Source: Vicugna vicugna | Lineage: Eukaryota | Length of the DNA: 56,307 bases | Direction of reading: 5' to 3' | NCBI GenBank assembly: GCA_013265495.1 | Contig: MU058718.1 | Span: 4,609,648 to 4,665,954, forward strand | Part shown: positions 1 through 12,391 of the stretch, piece after piece | Layout of the letters: each line of letters opens with the position of its first letter | Numbering within the stretch: the stretch's first letter is position 1 | Program-made: the position numbers and the translations under genes | Notes under the pieces: generated by a model | Seen by the model: only the letters and a program-made list of their open reading frames with translations | Databases searched by the model: none | Told to the model about the DNA's origin: nothing

Positions 1-347
1 GGGAGATGTGTTTCCTTGCCTTTTCCATCTAGAAGCTGCCTGCATTCCTTGGTTTGTGTCCCTTCATCCATCGTCAAAGCCGGCAATGGCAGGTCGAGTC
101 CTTCTTATGTTGCTTCTCTCTGGCCCTTCTTCTGTTACTGTATCTCTCTCTCTCATTGCAGCTAGGAAAGTGTCTCCATTTTTAAGAACTCACACAATTA
201 GCTTGAGCCCATCCAAGTAATTCAGGATAATCTCCTCATCTCAAAGTCTTTAACCTTAGTGACACTTTTTGCTATATAAGGTAACATATTCACAGGTTCG
301 GGGAGTAGGATGTGGACATCCGTGGGGCCACTATTCTGCCCCCCACA
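1..347 (-). mobile_element. MLT1 (MaLR) LTR, partial
   Basis: Typical MLT1 antisense text 'caggataatctcctcatctcaa...aaggtaacatattcacaggtt...gatgtggacatc...ctattctgccccccaca', ending in the terminal CA. Confidence 0.8.
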
Positions 348-1068
348 GTAGGGTATGGAGAAGCTATTCAACTCTTGTAGTCTTTTCAAGTACATGATTT
401 TAAATGAAAAAAGTCTATTTATGAAAGCAGTGTCATTATTTAATAAGCGAAGGATAAAGCTACAGTCTTGACTAATTTACTGAAGGGCATGTTCACAGAT
501 CTAGTAGGTGCTATATTTGGCTCCTAGAAGGCAAATGTTTTTCCATCACTATAACCGAAGCACACTGAAAGACTGAAAGATTCAGTAAGTAGAGAATAAA
601 ACAAGATCCACAGGCCTGCCAAATTCCAGGAAAATCTGGACTAATGTTCTATATTGTATTTTCTCTCTCAAAAGAAAAGACAAAACCCAAATAGTTTAAC
701 TGAATACAGAAAACTTCACATGAAAAAGACAAGTTACCATTTTTCCAGCATCTATAGACATACTTTCTTGTTTTCAAAATAATTTACTTTCTTGGTGAAC
801 TTGGTCAAAATGGAAGCTATTGGAATAGTTTCTTGTCTTGGTACAAACTGGATGAGAAAATTTCTTATTACTGTTTCCTAATTGGTACACAAGGAAAATC
901 TCTAAAACAGCACTCTGTTTTCTGAGAAGTTGAAGATCCCCAGTGCAGAAATGGCAGTGATGGGATGTGGATGAAGTGATGTTTGGACCATGAAAAATGG
1001 ACAGGTGATGGGGCAGCAGTGTTGTGCACATGACTGGAGGTCAGACTTAACATGAGACCATAACTTAC

Positions 1069-1108
1069 TTTTTTTTTTTTTTTGATTTCGGAATTTGTTT
1101 GTATGTAT

Positions 1109-1139
<31 letters not shown>

Positions 1140-2048
1140 TTCATTCATTCATTCATTCATTCATTTTAGTTGAAGTTGAATCAGTTTACAATGCTGTGTC
1201 AATTTTGGGTGTTCAGCATAATGTTTCAGTAGTAAATATACATCCATATGTTCCTTTTCATACTCTTTTTCATTACAGGTTACTACAAGATATTGAATAT
1301 AGTTCCTTGTGTTATATAGAAGAGACTTGTTTATCTATTTTATATATAGTAGTTAGTATTTGCAAATCTTTATTTTAAGTGAAATCAAGTTTATTTAGAG
1401 AGATACACACTCCATAGACAGAGTCTGGTCCATCTTACTCAGAAGGGAAGGCAACTTAGGCAATACACACTCCAGAAGCAGAATGTGGGCCATCTTAACA
1501 AGTGAGAGGGAGAGAGACTGAGAGGTGTGGGGGTGTTTAGTTTAAAGTAAAAGTAGATACACACTCCATAGACAGAGTGTGGGCCATCTCAGAAGGCAGG
1601 AGAGAGCGAGAGAGCGAGAAAGACAGAGAGACCGACCAGAGTATTTGCAAATCTTGAACCCCCAATTTATCCCTTTCCACCTTCTTTCCCTCCTGGTAAC
1701 TGTAAGTTTGTTTTCTATGTCTGTGAGTCTGTTTCTGTTTTGTAAATAAGTTCATTTGTGTCTTTTTTTAAAGGTTCCACATACAAGTGACATAATATGA
1801 TATTTTTCTTTCTTTTTCTGGCTTACTTCACTTACAATGACAATCTCCCAGGTCCATCCATGTTGCTGTAAAGGGCATTATTTTATTCTTTTTTATAACT
1901 GAATGGTATTCCATTGTATAAATATACCACAACTTCTTTATCCAGGCATCTGTCAATGGACATTTAGGATGCTTCCATGTCTTGGCTGTTGTAAACAGTG
2001 CTGCTGTGAACATTGAGGTGCATGTGTCTTTTCGAATCATTTTGTTTT
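1069..2048 (-). mobile_element. 5'-truncated L1 (ORF2 C-terminus plus 3'UTR), interrupted at 1371-1639
   Basis: ORF 1828-2040 reads [33 protein letters not shown], the L1 ORF2 C-terminus; poly-T and (TATT)n(CATT)n tail at 1069-1165. Confidence 0.9.
1371..1639 (-). mobile_element. Retroposed ERV-LTR fragment ending at the LTR poly(A) site, with a 16-bp TSD
   Basis: Colinear with 37011-37247 of the solo LTR; flanked by agtatttgcaaatctt at 1355-1370 and 1640-1655; minus-strand AATAAA at 1390-1395, followed 13 nt later by a short A-rich tail. Confidence 0.85.
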
Positions 2049-2269
2049 AAATATAATTTCATAACAAGCCCTTGTTCTTTCCTGGTTGTCAGTAGGGAGA
2101 GGAGTGGAAGGAAAAGGGGGAAAAAAAGAGAAAATTGGAGACTGAATGTAGGTGAGAAGGACGGGGAAAACTAATAGATTCTTGCAAAAACACTTGACGT
2201 GCAGCCGTTTAGGATCAGAGAGAAAAAGTCCAATGGTGGATTTCAGTGATAACAGTTAATGATAATAAT

Positions 2270-2450
2270 CACGACCTGTTATGGAGTGACAAGCCCTGTG
2301 GTAAGCATGTCACTTGTTTGCCTCATTTAATTCACCATGTTCATTGAGGAGGTATTATTATGATCCCCATTTTATGGAGGAAGAAATTGAGAGAAGGGGA
2401 AGTTAAGCCACTTGCCCAAGGCCCTGCAGCTATAGGAGCCAGGATTTTAC
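2270..2450 (-). mobile_element. MIR SINE
   Basis: 'cccatttt..gaggaagaaattgag...gttaagccacttgcccaagg' is the antisense MIR core. Confidence 0.7.
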
Positions 2451-5400
2451 ATTCCATTTGGTTTACTTATCATCCGTCTCACCCCCAGAATGGCTTGGAT
2501 TGGGTGAGGGTGATGGCATCTCATGGGCAAATGTCTGCCGCCTGGCTGGCCTCTCGGGGTGGTCCTGAGGGCTGGCGTTCTCCTGGAGTTGCTCTGATGT
2601 GGCCACTTTGGGGAGCTGCTGTTTCTGCAGTGGACCGTTGGCATGTGTCAGTGGTTGGGTGTGAGCACAGCACAAGTTTGTGAGTGGGGAGCTGGAGAGA
2701 GTCCCCTCCTCCTGCTCCACTTAGGAGGCTGGCCCATAACCAGCTGGCTTCCAGCTGGGCAGTTTCTGGGGCATCAGAGGGGAGTCGGACCAGGCCCCCA
2801 AGCCACCTCTGCATGTCCCTAAGTGCAAAAGGCATGTTTTGAGAGGTGGGCTCTGAGGCTCCTCCCCTCCCCGCAGCGGGACGACTTACCTGGTGTTGGT
2901 TGGATGGAGTCCCTGCCATGGTGGGGAGGAGAAAGCTCAGTGCTTAGAATGATGTCATCCCTGCTCGGCAGAGACAGCGTCCTGCATCTTAAAAATATCT
3001 GAGTGGATGTGTACATATTTATCAGGCCTTTCCTCCCTACAAGAACAAAAAGAATCTATGGAACCCAAATGAGCCTGTTGGGTTCTGAGTCCCAACAAAT
3101 GTTTATTAAGCCAACAAATGTTTACTTGTTTATTCAGTGCACATTCTAGAGTAAGGACCATTTCTGATCCTTTGAGAGACAGTATGCCCAGCACACAGTA
3201 GGCGTTAGAAGAATGTCAGGTGAACCAACAAAAAGAAGTAGAAGACTTGGTTTCCAGTTTTACAAATTTTAAATCCTGGTTGGAGGAAACTATACATATG
3301 TGAAACCAAGGAGAAAAACTGGAGATGTAAATGGGGCAAATCCTGGAATGCACAGAGCATTGGAGAGCAGCAGCCCTCGGCAAAGATTTGGTGGACGTGG
3401 GTTAAATCGTGAGGAGCACCTGAGAGTGTAGGAATAAACTGAGAGCAAGTTGGCGGGGAGCAGTGGGCAGAGATTATGGGAACAGGTAAGGCTGGGAAGG
3501 AACATGGCACATCACAGGAAGAGCAGAAGGAACACTTGGATCTGTGCTGCGGTTCCGACATTGAAGCGGAGCTGATGGGGTGGAGTTACAGACAACCTTC
3601 TGGAAAGGGCGGTTGGTGAGAAACAGGAGTGGGTGTGGTTGGACATAGGAACAGGTTGGCTCGTGGATGGCCTTGACCTCCAGAGCAAGGGCTTGTTTTT
3701 CATCTCGGTAGTCTGGGGAGATCTAGGTTCATTAAGACATTCACTACACATTTGCTGAACTGAACTGAAGACAAATTCAGGAACAATATATAAAATGAAT
3801 TGGAAGGGGTTTTAAATCTGCATTTCTTATTTGATAATATAACTTAGATGTTGTCATCAAGAATCAGAGGTAGCTTTTTATGAGACTTAGGTTGTGGGGA
3901 GAGATATAGCCTAAGAACTAATTCTAAAATGGTGTCACTCTTCTGAAGTCCCTTGCCCACCTCCTCGTTTTTGGTGGGGACAAAGGAGGCAAGGTGGCAA
4001 TAGGAAAATAATCAGCTTTCGGGTTCCAGAGTTGCCCAGTGCCCCATGGGCCTTGTGCATGGCGTTCATGAGACGTGTTTTGCTAGCCTCTTACTTAGAC
4101 CAAGGGGGCAAACAGACAGGTGTGGGAACCAGCCCAAGCCGGGGTGGAAGCCTGCACATCTCCTCTGGTGCAGAGAAGCTATTGTTCTCCCAGGCACGCT
4201 GGGCCCTGCGTTTACTTCATCTGGTAAAACCCTAAGCCCAGTTACTACAGATGCCCTGTGAGGAAGCCACTCTAAAGACCTGCGTGGGGCCCATTAGCGC
4301 CTCAGCAGCGGCTCCCAGTGTGCCGGGGAACAGCAAGACATCATTTCAGTGACTCCAGTCTGTACCCACAGCGTGAGAGCCATTTTAATCTTGACTTTGC
4401 CTCCTCATGCTTCATTGTATTTAGAGCTGGGTGTTTTTCTGCCATTATTTGGGGGTTTTCTTGCAAGGAAGCCATTTTATAAAAAATGCCTGATTATTGC
4501 TGCCAGAAAAATAATATCTAACAATTTCCTTGAATGATGGAGACTTAAAAGTTAGTGTTATTCAGACAAATGCAAATAATTTCAACAATTACTCTGCACT
4601 TAATCACCACCACATCGGGTCCTCCTGGCGTCCCTTCTGTCACTCAGTGTGCAGTAATGGAGTGTTTCAGGGAAGTAAACACCGAACACAGCCTTAGAGG
4701 GGAGGTATTCACCCTTTGCCAGCATGTCTCGTAGGAAGCCTGATCTGTTTCAGCAGAAACTAGTTGACGATTAAAGTGACCCTGGGCTAATATTTATGCT
4801 ATTAGGTCCCAACAGCCGATCAGAGGACATCACACATTCCTTGCAAGTGGTGAGGCTGGGAGTCAGACCTTGGGAAGTGATGAGTCCTGAAGTGGCTGAG
4901 TGGAGCCCAGAGGTGGGCTGCCTTAGGGAGTCCCAGTCTTGGGAGCTGAATTCTCCCTTTTTAAAGATGAGTCTGACCATCAATGAAAGCCTTTGCATGG
5001 GGGCAGGTCGTGGGGAGCTCCGGTCCCATGTTGCTCATTCAGAGGCTGTTTGAGAGCAGGTCCTGTGCTCCCTGGGGTGTGTGGCATAAGGGTTCTCCAA
5101 AGCTTTCTGAAAGGGCTAAGTGGATGTTTCTGATGTGCTGATACCCAAGAGAGCAAGTTTAAACCTTTTGAGGGACTCAGCTCCGACCCTCGCTTGCAGG
5201 CAGAGTAATCACAGCTAAGCACGAAGATCCAGGCTGTGTCTTCTCACCTCCACCGGTAGTCAGTGGAAACTCTGCTGGAAGCCTGGAAAAGATACTGCCA
5301 TCAGATAACTTCCCTCTAAAGAACTTTCGAACCTCTTTTATAAAGCAAGGCTGAATAAACTTGTTCCAGGGAACTGCTCTTTACCTGTATTGTCCTGGGG

Positions 5401-5884
5401 AAATGGGATCTTTGCTGACAAAATGCCAACTGGGTATCTCTTACATGAGATTTCTGAATTCCTGGAAAGGGTCTTAGATCTCCTCTGCCTTCCAGAGAGG
5501 AGATTCTATTCACAACCTTCACTGAGCACCTACTAAGGCCGGGCATCACAACTGGCACTTCCCCTGGGTAAGTCCTCCCCGGTATGGGCCACGTGTGTGG
5601 TTATCTTGAACGATGGGGACCGTTTCTGGCCCCTATCTTCTGGTAAAAGGGCAGAGTATCTTTGGATGAGTTTGGGACACCCAGGGATCACCATGGCTGT
5701 GACTAAATGGGGCTCGGGACCTCTGTGTGCACGCTGTGCTCTGGGCGGTGGGTATCAAGACAGCTCCTCCCAGCACACCATGTGGTTTGCTAGCAGCCCT
5801 CCCCTTGCTTTCAGCCGGGCTCTTTCCTTGCCTTAGAATCCCCTGCTTATCCATAGGCACCTCTTGATTCGGAAGTGCTGAGAG

Positions 5885-5953
5885 CGGAGCTGGGGATCTG
5901 TATTTGTTACAAGTTCTCAGATAACGTCTATGGACACTAATTTGAGAACCAGT
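5885..5953. mobile_element. MER5-like hAT fragment
   Basis: 'atctgtatttgttacaagttctcag...tttgagaaccagtg' resembles the MER5 terminus. Confidence 0.5.
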
Positions 5954-7016
5954 GGCTTCAAGGATAAAATTCTAATTACTTGGCCCAAGGGATATGTCCT
6001 TTCACAGTCTGGCCCAGCCCATCTTTCCCGCCTTCTCTCCAGGGCTCAGAACTTCTCCTGGTCTCCTCCCACCCCTGTATGCTCTTACTCCTGCCACCTG
6101 CCATTCCTTTCTCCTTTCCCAACTGACCAATTCCTCTCTCTCCTCTGAGACCCTGCTCAGATGTCAGTGTCCTTGTGAAGTCTTCCCTGAGTCTGGCCAG
6201 AAGAGTTTCTCACTCCATCCTGTCTTCCTGACTGGCCCCCTCAGGCTGTGAGCACCTCCCCGCAGGGCCTGGATTTTGGCTCATTGGCCATAGCCCTCAA
6301 ATCCCATCATGGTGGAAACTGGAATGAGTATGAGTATACTGGAAATATTGGTAAATTGCCAATAGAATGATTACTTTTATTTTTTTGCGAAGAAAACGGA
6401 TTTGTTCTGTTTGTTTGGTGCCCATTCCACCTGGAAGTTCAAAAGAATAAAGTTTCCAAGAAGAAGAAGGACATGGTGAGACCTGAGTTGTCCAGAGGAC
6501 CCAGGAGTGGAGGAGTTCCATAGTGGGTGGCATTTATAAGACCGACTCCCCTCCCTCCCTCCCTTCCATTTATAACGAACAGTAATAACAGCTGCTCTTG
6601 GGTAGTAAGGGCACAAGGGGAAGCATTAAGTGAATGCTAATTGAACAGATTAGGGCCACAAGGACAATGTGTCACTGTAAATGCAAAACCTGAGCATGGG
6701 ATCACATTGCAAAAGAAAGGGTCATGGTCTCAAGTTCTCTTGAAAAGCACGGTGATAGAACACATGCCCTGTGTCCACCACGGACCTCAGGCATGATGGC
6801 TTGTGATTTAGGAAGGATTTATTGCATCAGTGAATGTCCAGAATCAATCCCGCATGTCAGTTTTGTTACTAGTTTCATCTAGAACAGGATTTGTCACAAG
6901 GGCTCAAGGATGTAGCTCAAGGGATTCCTGTACCCTCAAAATTGCTCATGAAATTTGGCATGAGCTTATACGCATTTACCTGTCCATTGTTTTCATCCAT
7001 TTTAAAAGGATCTCTA

Positions 7017-7115
7017 GAGGGTGGGTAGCGCTCAGTGATAGAGTTCATGCCTCGTATGCACTAGGTCCTGGGTTCAATCCCTAGTATCTCCATTAAAAAA
7101 TAATTTTTAAAATTT
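7017..7115 (+). mobile_element. tRNA-derived SINE (Vic-1-like)
   Basis: A-box-like 'tagcgctcagtga', B-box 'ggttcaatccc', A-rich tail; imperfect TSD aaaaggatctcta / aaaagggtctata. Confidence 0.8.
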
Positions 7116-7209
7116 AAAAGGGTCTATAAGCCTGGGAATTTAGAAGCACGGTTCTGGAAGTCCCCTGGAGTGGAGCCATATTCTTTAGCAGCCAAGAGGA
7201 GAAGGGGCT

Positions 7210-7430
7210 TCAGAGCAGGCTTCTGGGTTCAAATTCTGTCTTTGCTTATTTACTCACTGTGTGACTTTGGGTGAGTTACCTATCTTCTCTGAGCCCTAGT
7301 TTCTTCAACTGTAAAATGGGTTAATAACTTTACCTACTTCACAGGATTGTTGTGAGGATTAAATGAGTTAATGCATGTGAGTCGTTTAGAACACTGTGAC
7401 ACAGTAAGCATGTGATTAATGTTGGCTGTG
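7210..7430 (+). mobile_element. MIR SINE
   Basis: 'ctgggttcaaattc...tgtgtgactttggg...tctctgagcc..gtttcttcaactgtaaaatggg...ttgtgaggattaaatgag'. Confidence 0.85.
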
Positions 7431-8754
7431 TTCATGCTATTATCGTTGTTTTTATTATTTTATTTATTATCATCTAGTAAGCCTTGAATCTCTGACAGCC
7501 CTTTATATACCTGCTCCCTTTGCAAACCTCTACTTCCTTTACCCCACCCAGCTCATTGCCCTATCATTTGGTCTATAAGCTTAGGGACAGATAGAGTATC
7601 TCTTGTCTTTTGCAGTGAAATATCCACAGTGAACTAATCTATTCCTACTTTCTTACCATTAATCAATGATGCCCTGAATTCTTCAGGGCTATACTTTGCA
7701 TAAATAATGTTTTGCATAATTTTGCATTTTCTGCATCATTCTATTTTGCTGCATAACAATGTGTCAGTTCATTTTCCCCCTTTCTGTGCCCTGGAAAGAA
7801 AGTTATCTGAAATTGCTGGCAATCTCACAAGTGTTTGCTTGTTAACATTACATCTTTGAAACATTCCCCAGAGGTATGCTAATAAGCAACAAGCAAAACA
7901 ACAATAAAGAAAATCAGGGGAGAGAAAAATATACACTACTGCAAAACAGATTTGTAGCTTTCAGTGCTTACCAGTCACTCTGCTGCTCAGCCTCTGAGCC
8001 GTTAATTGTATGTAATTATGAAGTGCTGAACGATGAACGGTCCTGACTTGAAGCTGGGAACACAGAGCGAGGCTATATTCAAATGATGCATCGATCTGTG
8101 AAGAGTAATACGCTGTTTACAATCTCAGTGAGTTGCTTCCCTCCTAGTTTTATGATTCTTCAGATAATATTTTTAGTTGTGGAGAAACTTAAAAAAAATG
8201 GTACAGATGAGAGAGAGCATCTTCCACATCAGGAGTTTAGGGACTTGAATAAAAATGAGATCTGCTTTCATTAGCTTATACCTCAGGATACAGGATTTTC
8301 ATTTTTATAATTTGGACCTAAATCTTACTATGAGTATTATGCAAATGCTCTTTAAAGCAAAGGAGGAGGGTGCTTGGGAGCTGTAAAAAGGGCCAGGAGA
8401 GAACCAACAGCTCTAAGTGTGAGCAGTTGCGAGGTCTTAGAAGAGGAGAGGGCATTTTGAGTTGCCCTTTAAACCTACCTTGAATAGTTTCCATGGTGTG
8501 GAAGTTTTGAAAATGGCCATGATGGTGACTCTTGAACTGTCAGTAACCTTGAAAGTAAGTTAGAGCAAGCTAAGATTTTGGAAACCAGTAATTGTACTCA
8601 GTTTCATTTAGTTGTTGTTTATTGTACTTTCTCAGCCCAGAAAAGGCATTCTTTAGGCTGAATACACTAGAAAATGTTTCCTAATCATAAAATGACTGAA
8701 AGGACTATAGAATCTCTTGAAGACTCTGTGTTTCTATGTTTTTAATAAGTATTG

Positions 8755-9190
8755 AAACGTTAGTTTCCAGAGTTAGACGTTCAAGCTCTACCACTTACTA
8801 ACTACATAGCTTTATAGCCTTCGTCAGCCTTCAGTTGCCTCAGTCTGTAAGAGGGAGATGATAACAATATGTTTTCTTACGTCGCTGGAATGTTCAGAGG
8901 ATCAAACAAGAAATTGCCTGTGAAAGTGGTTCATCGACTGTGGTGTTCCATTAATATCAGCTGTTACTGTGGACCGACTTCTCTACCTCCTCAACTGCAT
9001 AAATTTTCATCCCACTGATGTAACAGCTGTCACTTTTTGGTGCCAGAAATTGTGTTAGACACTTCACGTATATAGTCTAAGTTGATTCTTGGAGTGAATC
9101 CATGAGACCAGTAGAATGATTTCCCACTGTGGTGAATGAGAAAATGGAGGCTCAGCAAATTAACTTATTAAGGTCACACAGCTAGAAATA
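8755..9190. mobile_element. Two degenerate MIR copies (plus ~8755-8965, minus ~9035-9190)
   Basis: MIR-like motifs 'ctctaccacttactaact...ctgtaa' and 'atgagaaaatggaggctcag...aaggtcacacagctag'. Confidence 0.55.
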
Positions 9191-9407
9191 GGAGTGAGGC
9201 AGGGACAAGTCTCTATTTGTGTTGATCAGTTAACAGATTACTGGGAGATCCACTTAACAGAACTAATAATGCTTTAAGCTTGGTAGATACCTGCCATAGT
9301 CACGACAAAGACTTTCTACCTTTGGTTTAATTATTCTTCGTAAGACAGATTACAAAACATGTGTTTTGGCAGACAAGACATATAATTTAGCATCATGATT
9401 TTCAGAC

Positions 9408-9546
9408 AATCACTCAAGGAGCTTGTGAAATAGGGAGATTCTAGGGCCAATCATCCAAGGTCTTAAGTTAGGAGGTTTAAGGAGGGTCCTGGGGATCTGC
9501 TTTTGAATGAATTTTTCCAGGAGTTTCCCAGGGTTTGGAGTGACTG
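9408..9546. mobile_element. MER5-like hAT fragment
   Basis: 'aatcactcaaggagcttgtgaaa...agattctagggcc...gggatctgctttt'. Confidence 0.5.
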
Positions 9547-10044
9547 GGAGACCACAGCAAAGAAAAACTGAGAGTCTGGCTGTTTGTGAGTCTTGGGAGC
9601 AGGATGTGTTCCTTTGCATAATGCTTTTTCCTGTTTCCATACGGTTCTTTCAGTTAAGTGACATGATAAGCCTTCTTGTGATGACAGCATATAGGCTGAT
9701 TCAGGTGTGGTTAATGCTGAAAGGCATTAAAAAAATCAATCTCTGCTAGTTTTTTTTCTTTTTCTACAGACCTTATAGGAAAGCTGTAAAACAAAAGTCG
9801 AGTAATGAGAAATTAGGACCTGTTTGAATTTTTGAGCCTCAAAAGTGTGTTTGAAAAAATTTCCAGCAGCTTTAAGAATCATTAACTGAGATGTATCATA
9901 AAGGGCATTATTAGGGGGGTTCTTGAAAGTTCTTCTTTTATGAGCAAGGGACATTAACAGATATTTCACAAAAGAAGAAATGCATATGGAAGTGTCTTCA
10001 ACTCCAATAATAATCAAAGAAATGGAAATTAAAGCAACTATATA

Positions 10045-10682
10045 TAAAAATATTTAAAATTTTTAATAAAATTTTTAAGATTACACTCCATTTATAGCTA
10101 TTATAAAATATTGGCTCTATTCCCCGTGTTGTACAACACATCCTTGGAGTCTGTCTTACACCCAGTAGTTTCTCCCCCACACCTATATTGCCCCCCTGCC
10201 CCCGTCACTGTAACCACTATTTTGTTCTCTATATGTGAACCTGCTTCTTTTTTGTTGTATTCACTAGTTTGTTGTATTTTTTAGTGGTGCTGGGAAAACT
10301 GGACAGCTGCATGTAAAAGAATGAAATTAGAACATTCTCTAACACCATATACAAAAATAAACTCAAAATGGATTAAAGACCTAAGTATAAGACTAGAGAC
10401 AATAAAACTAGAGGAAGACATAGGCCGACCACTCTTCGACATAAATTGCAGCACTGTTTTTTGATTCTATCTCCTAAAGCAAAGGAAACAAAGGAAACAA
10501 AAGCAAAATAAACAAATGGGATGCAGTTAAATTGAAAGGTTTTGCACAGCAAAGGAAACCATCGACAAGACAGAAAGACCACTTACTGAATGGGAGAAAA
10601 TATTTGCAAATGATGGGCCCAATAAGGGGTTAATATCCAACATATATAAATGGCTCGTACAACCTAACATCAAAAAACAAAC
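10045..10682 (-). mobile_element. L1 with 5' inversion, inside an older L1M fragment (~9940-10040 and ~10683-10730)
   Basis: 10045-10284 is an antisense L1 3'UTR; 10285-10682 is sense ORF2 ([33 protein letters not shown]); the two parts are directly joined. Confidence 0.75.
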
Positions 10683-10769
10683 ACTGTATTATTTTTTAAC
10701 CTAGCACATTGGTGACTATTTTGACAACTGACAAATCAGATTGGATGGCTAACTTTGAGCATCTATCAC

Positions 10770-11005
10770 ATTATTCTCAAAGGGAATAGTATCACCCCCC
10801 TTAGTGGGGTAAAAAACTGGTTCCTGGGGGCAAAAATGTTTTATACTTTCATGGCTAAAGCACAGATGTTCATACAGTACATAAACAGATATAGAGTAGA
10901 GTTTTGATTTTAAACATTAATGGGGGAGGGAAGTGATTAGGAAAAAAAAGTGTCTTACAAGGCTCCTTAGGGTGATAGTAATGAAAAAAAGGTTCAGAAA
11001 CACTG
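10770..11005. mobile_element. hAT-Charlie-type MER fossil
   Basis: Ends in the TIR-like 'aaaaaggttcagaaacactg'; internal 'gattaggaaaaaaa..aaggctccttag'. Confidence 0.55.
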
Positions 11006-12249
11006 ATCCAGTGGAATGCTAGGCACACAGTAGGCATTTCATAAATTCTTCCTCCTCCCAGAGCATTTAGTTTGAGAGCAGAAGGTGGCGGGGCTGATGT
11101 GTCCCCCAGCCCGGGAGAGGGTTTAGTCTGAGTTTAACACAAACAGGCCAGGAGGTAGGGGGCTAATCCAGGCCCTTGACTTAACAGGTCAAGTGCAGGA
11201 AGCAAGGCAGGCGCCAGCGAACTGCTGCTGCTCAGATGTTGTTTTGAATGCACACTAAGCTTAGTTATTAAGCAGAGGCTTTAAAAATATTATGCAAGAT
11301 TTCAATGTCACAATCAGTTTGCTATTCAAGAATAGATGAATATTCAAACCTAACAAATCCATGGGATAAATAATTTCTGCAGTAAGTGTAATATAATCTC
11401 TTGGGTCCCAGGGATAAATGCAAAATAAGTACAGCTCTGTAGAGTACGGGGAAAACAACCCAGACAAATTCCTATGTGTGTTTGAAGGAGAAATTATTCT
11501 ATTCATATATAATGTCTGTCTATTTGTATATTAATCTTAGTTTTAAAAGAAAAAATTAATACGAAAATAGAACAGTTAAGTACTTCCCACTTTCCTTTTC
11601 TATTTGGGGTGATATTGTTTTAACTATTTTACTCTCTGGGTAGAACTACTCATTCTATTTTTGCCTCTCTGGCCACATTAATACTCTGAATGTTAAAACA
11701 TATAAATACGATCTGGATACCATTTATGAATAGACTTCATGTTGTAATTGAGAAACATTATAGAACATAGAGCAAACCCCTTCAGAGAAGTTTTAAAATG
11801 AAATCAGGCCTGCAGAGATGCTCTTTGTCAAAACGAGTCTTGTAGGACTGCCTACTTTACCTTCCTTTGGATTTGGTTAACGCACCTCTTGAGTTGAGCA
11901 CGTCCTTCACCGAGGACGTGTGGAGCCTCACGATGGCTGTTAGGGAGCTGAAAACAGTTCTTTGCCAATAAATAGCTTTCTTAGTCAACTTTGTCAGAGG
12001 GAGCCTGGGCCCCTTTTCCTAGCAAATGAGGCTTATTTCAGCCTTTTGTCCCTGAGGGCCTGAGAGCCAGGAGAAACTCAAGAGAACCAGTTCTCCTTGG
12101 AACGTACAGTCCAGGTGAATGCGTGACGTAATTCCCCCCGCCCCACGTCTAGGTAGTTACCACACAAAGTTATGAAAGAGAAAAAAATTATTTCAGCTTC
12201 CCAGACTTACCCTCTCCCTTGCCCATCCCAGGTTGCCCACCCTAGTCTT

Positions 12250-12391
12250 TTTTTTTAATTAAAACTTTTTTATGGGGGGTGGTAATTAGGTTTGTTTATT
12301 TATTTTTAATGGAGGTAATGGGGATTGAACCCAAGACATTGTGCGTGCTGAGCATGTGCTCTACCGCTGAGCTGAGCTGTACCCTCCCCTC
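12250..12391 (-). mobile_element. tRNA-derived SINE (Vic-1-like) with 16-bp TSD
   Basis: Antisense B-box 'gggattgaacc' and A-box 'ctaccgctgagct'; TSD tgcccaccctagtctt (12234-12249) / tgcccactctagtctt (12392-12407). Confidence 0.85.

Noticed and set aside
1069..1105. Possible short L1 3' transduction between the microsatellite tail and T15
   Set aside because: No TSD could be found to bound the element; tail decay explains it equally well
7017..7092. tRNA-like sequence
   Set aside because: A-rich tail, TSD and related copies show it is a SINE, not a tRNA gene
11899..11920. 8-bp-arm hairpin cacgtcct/aggacgtg
   Set aside because: Chance-level, with no supporting context
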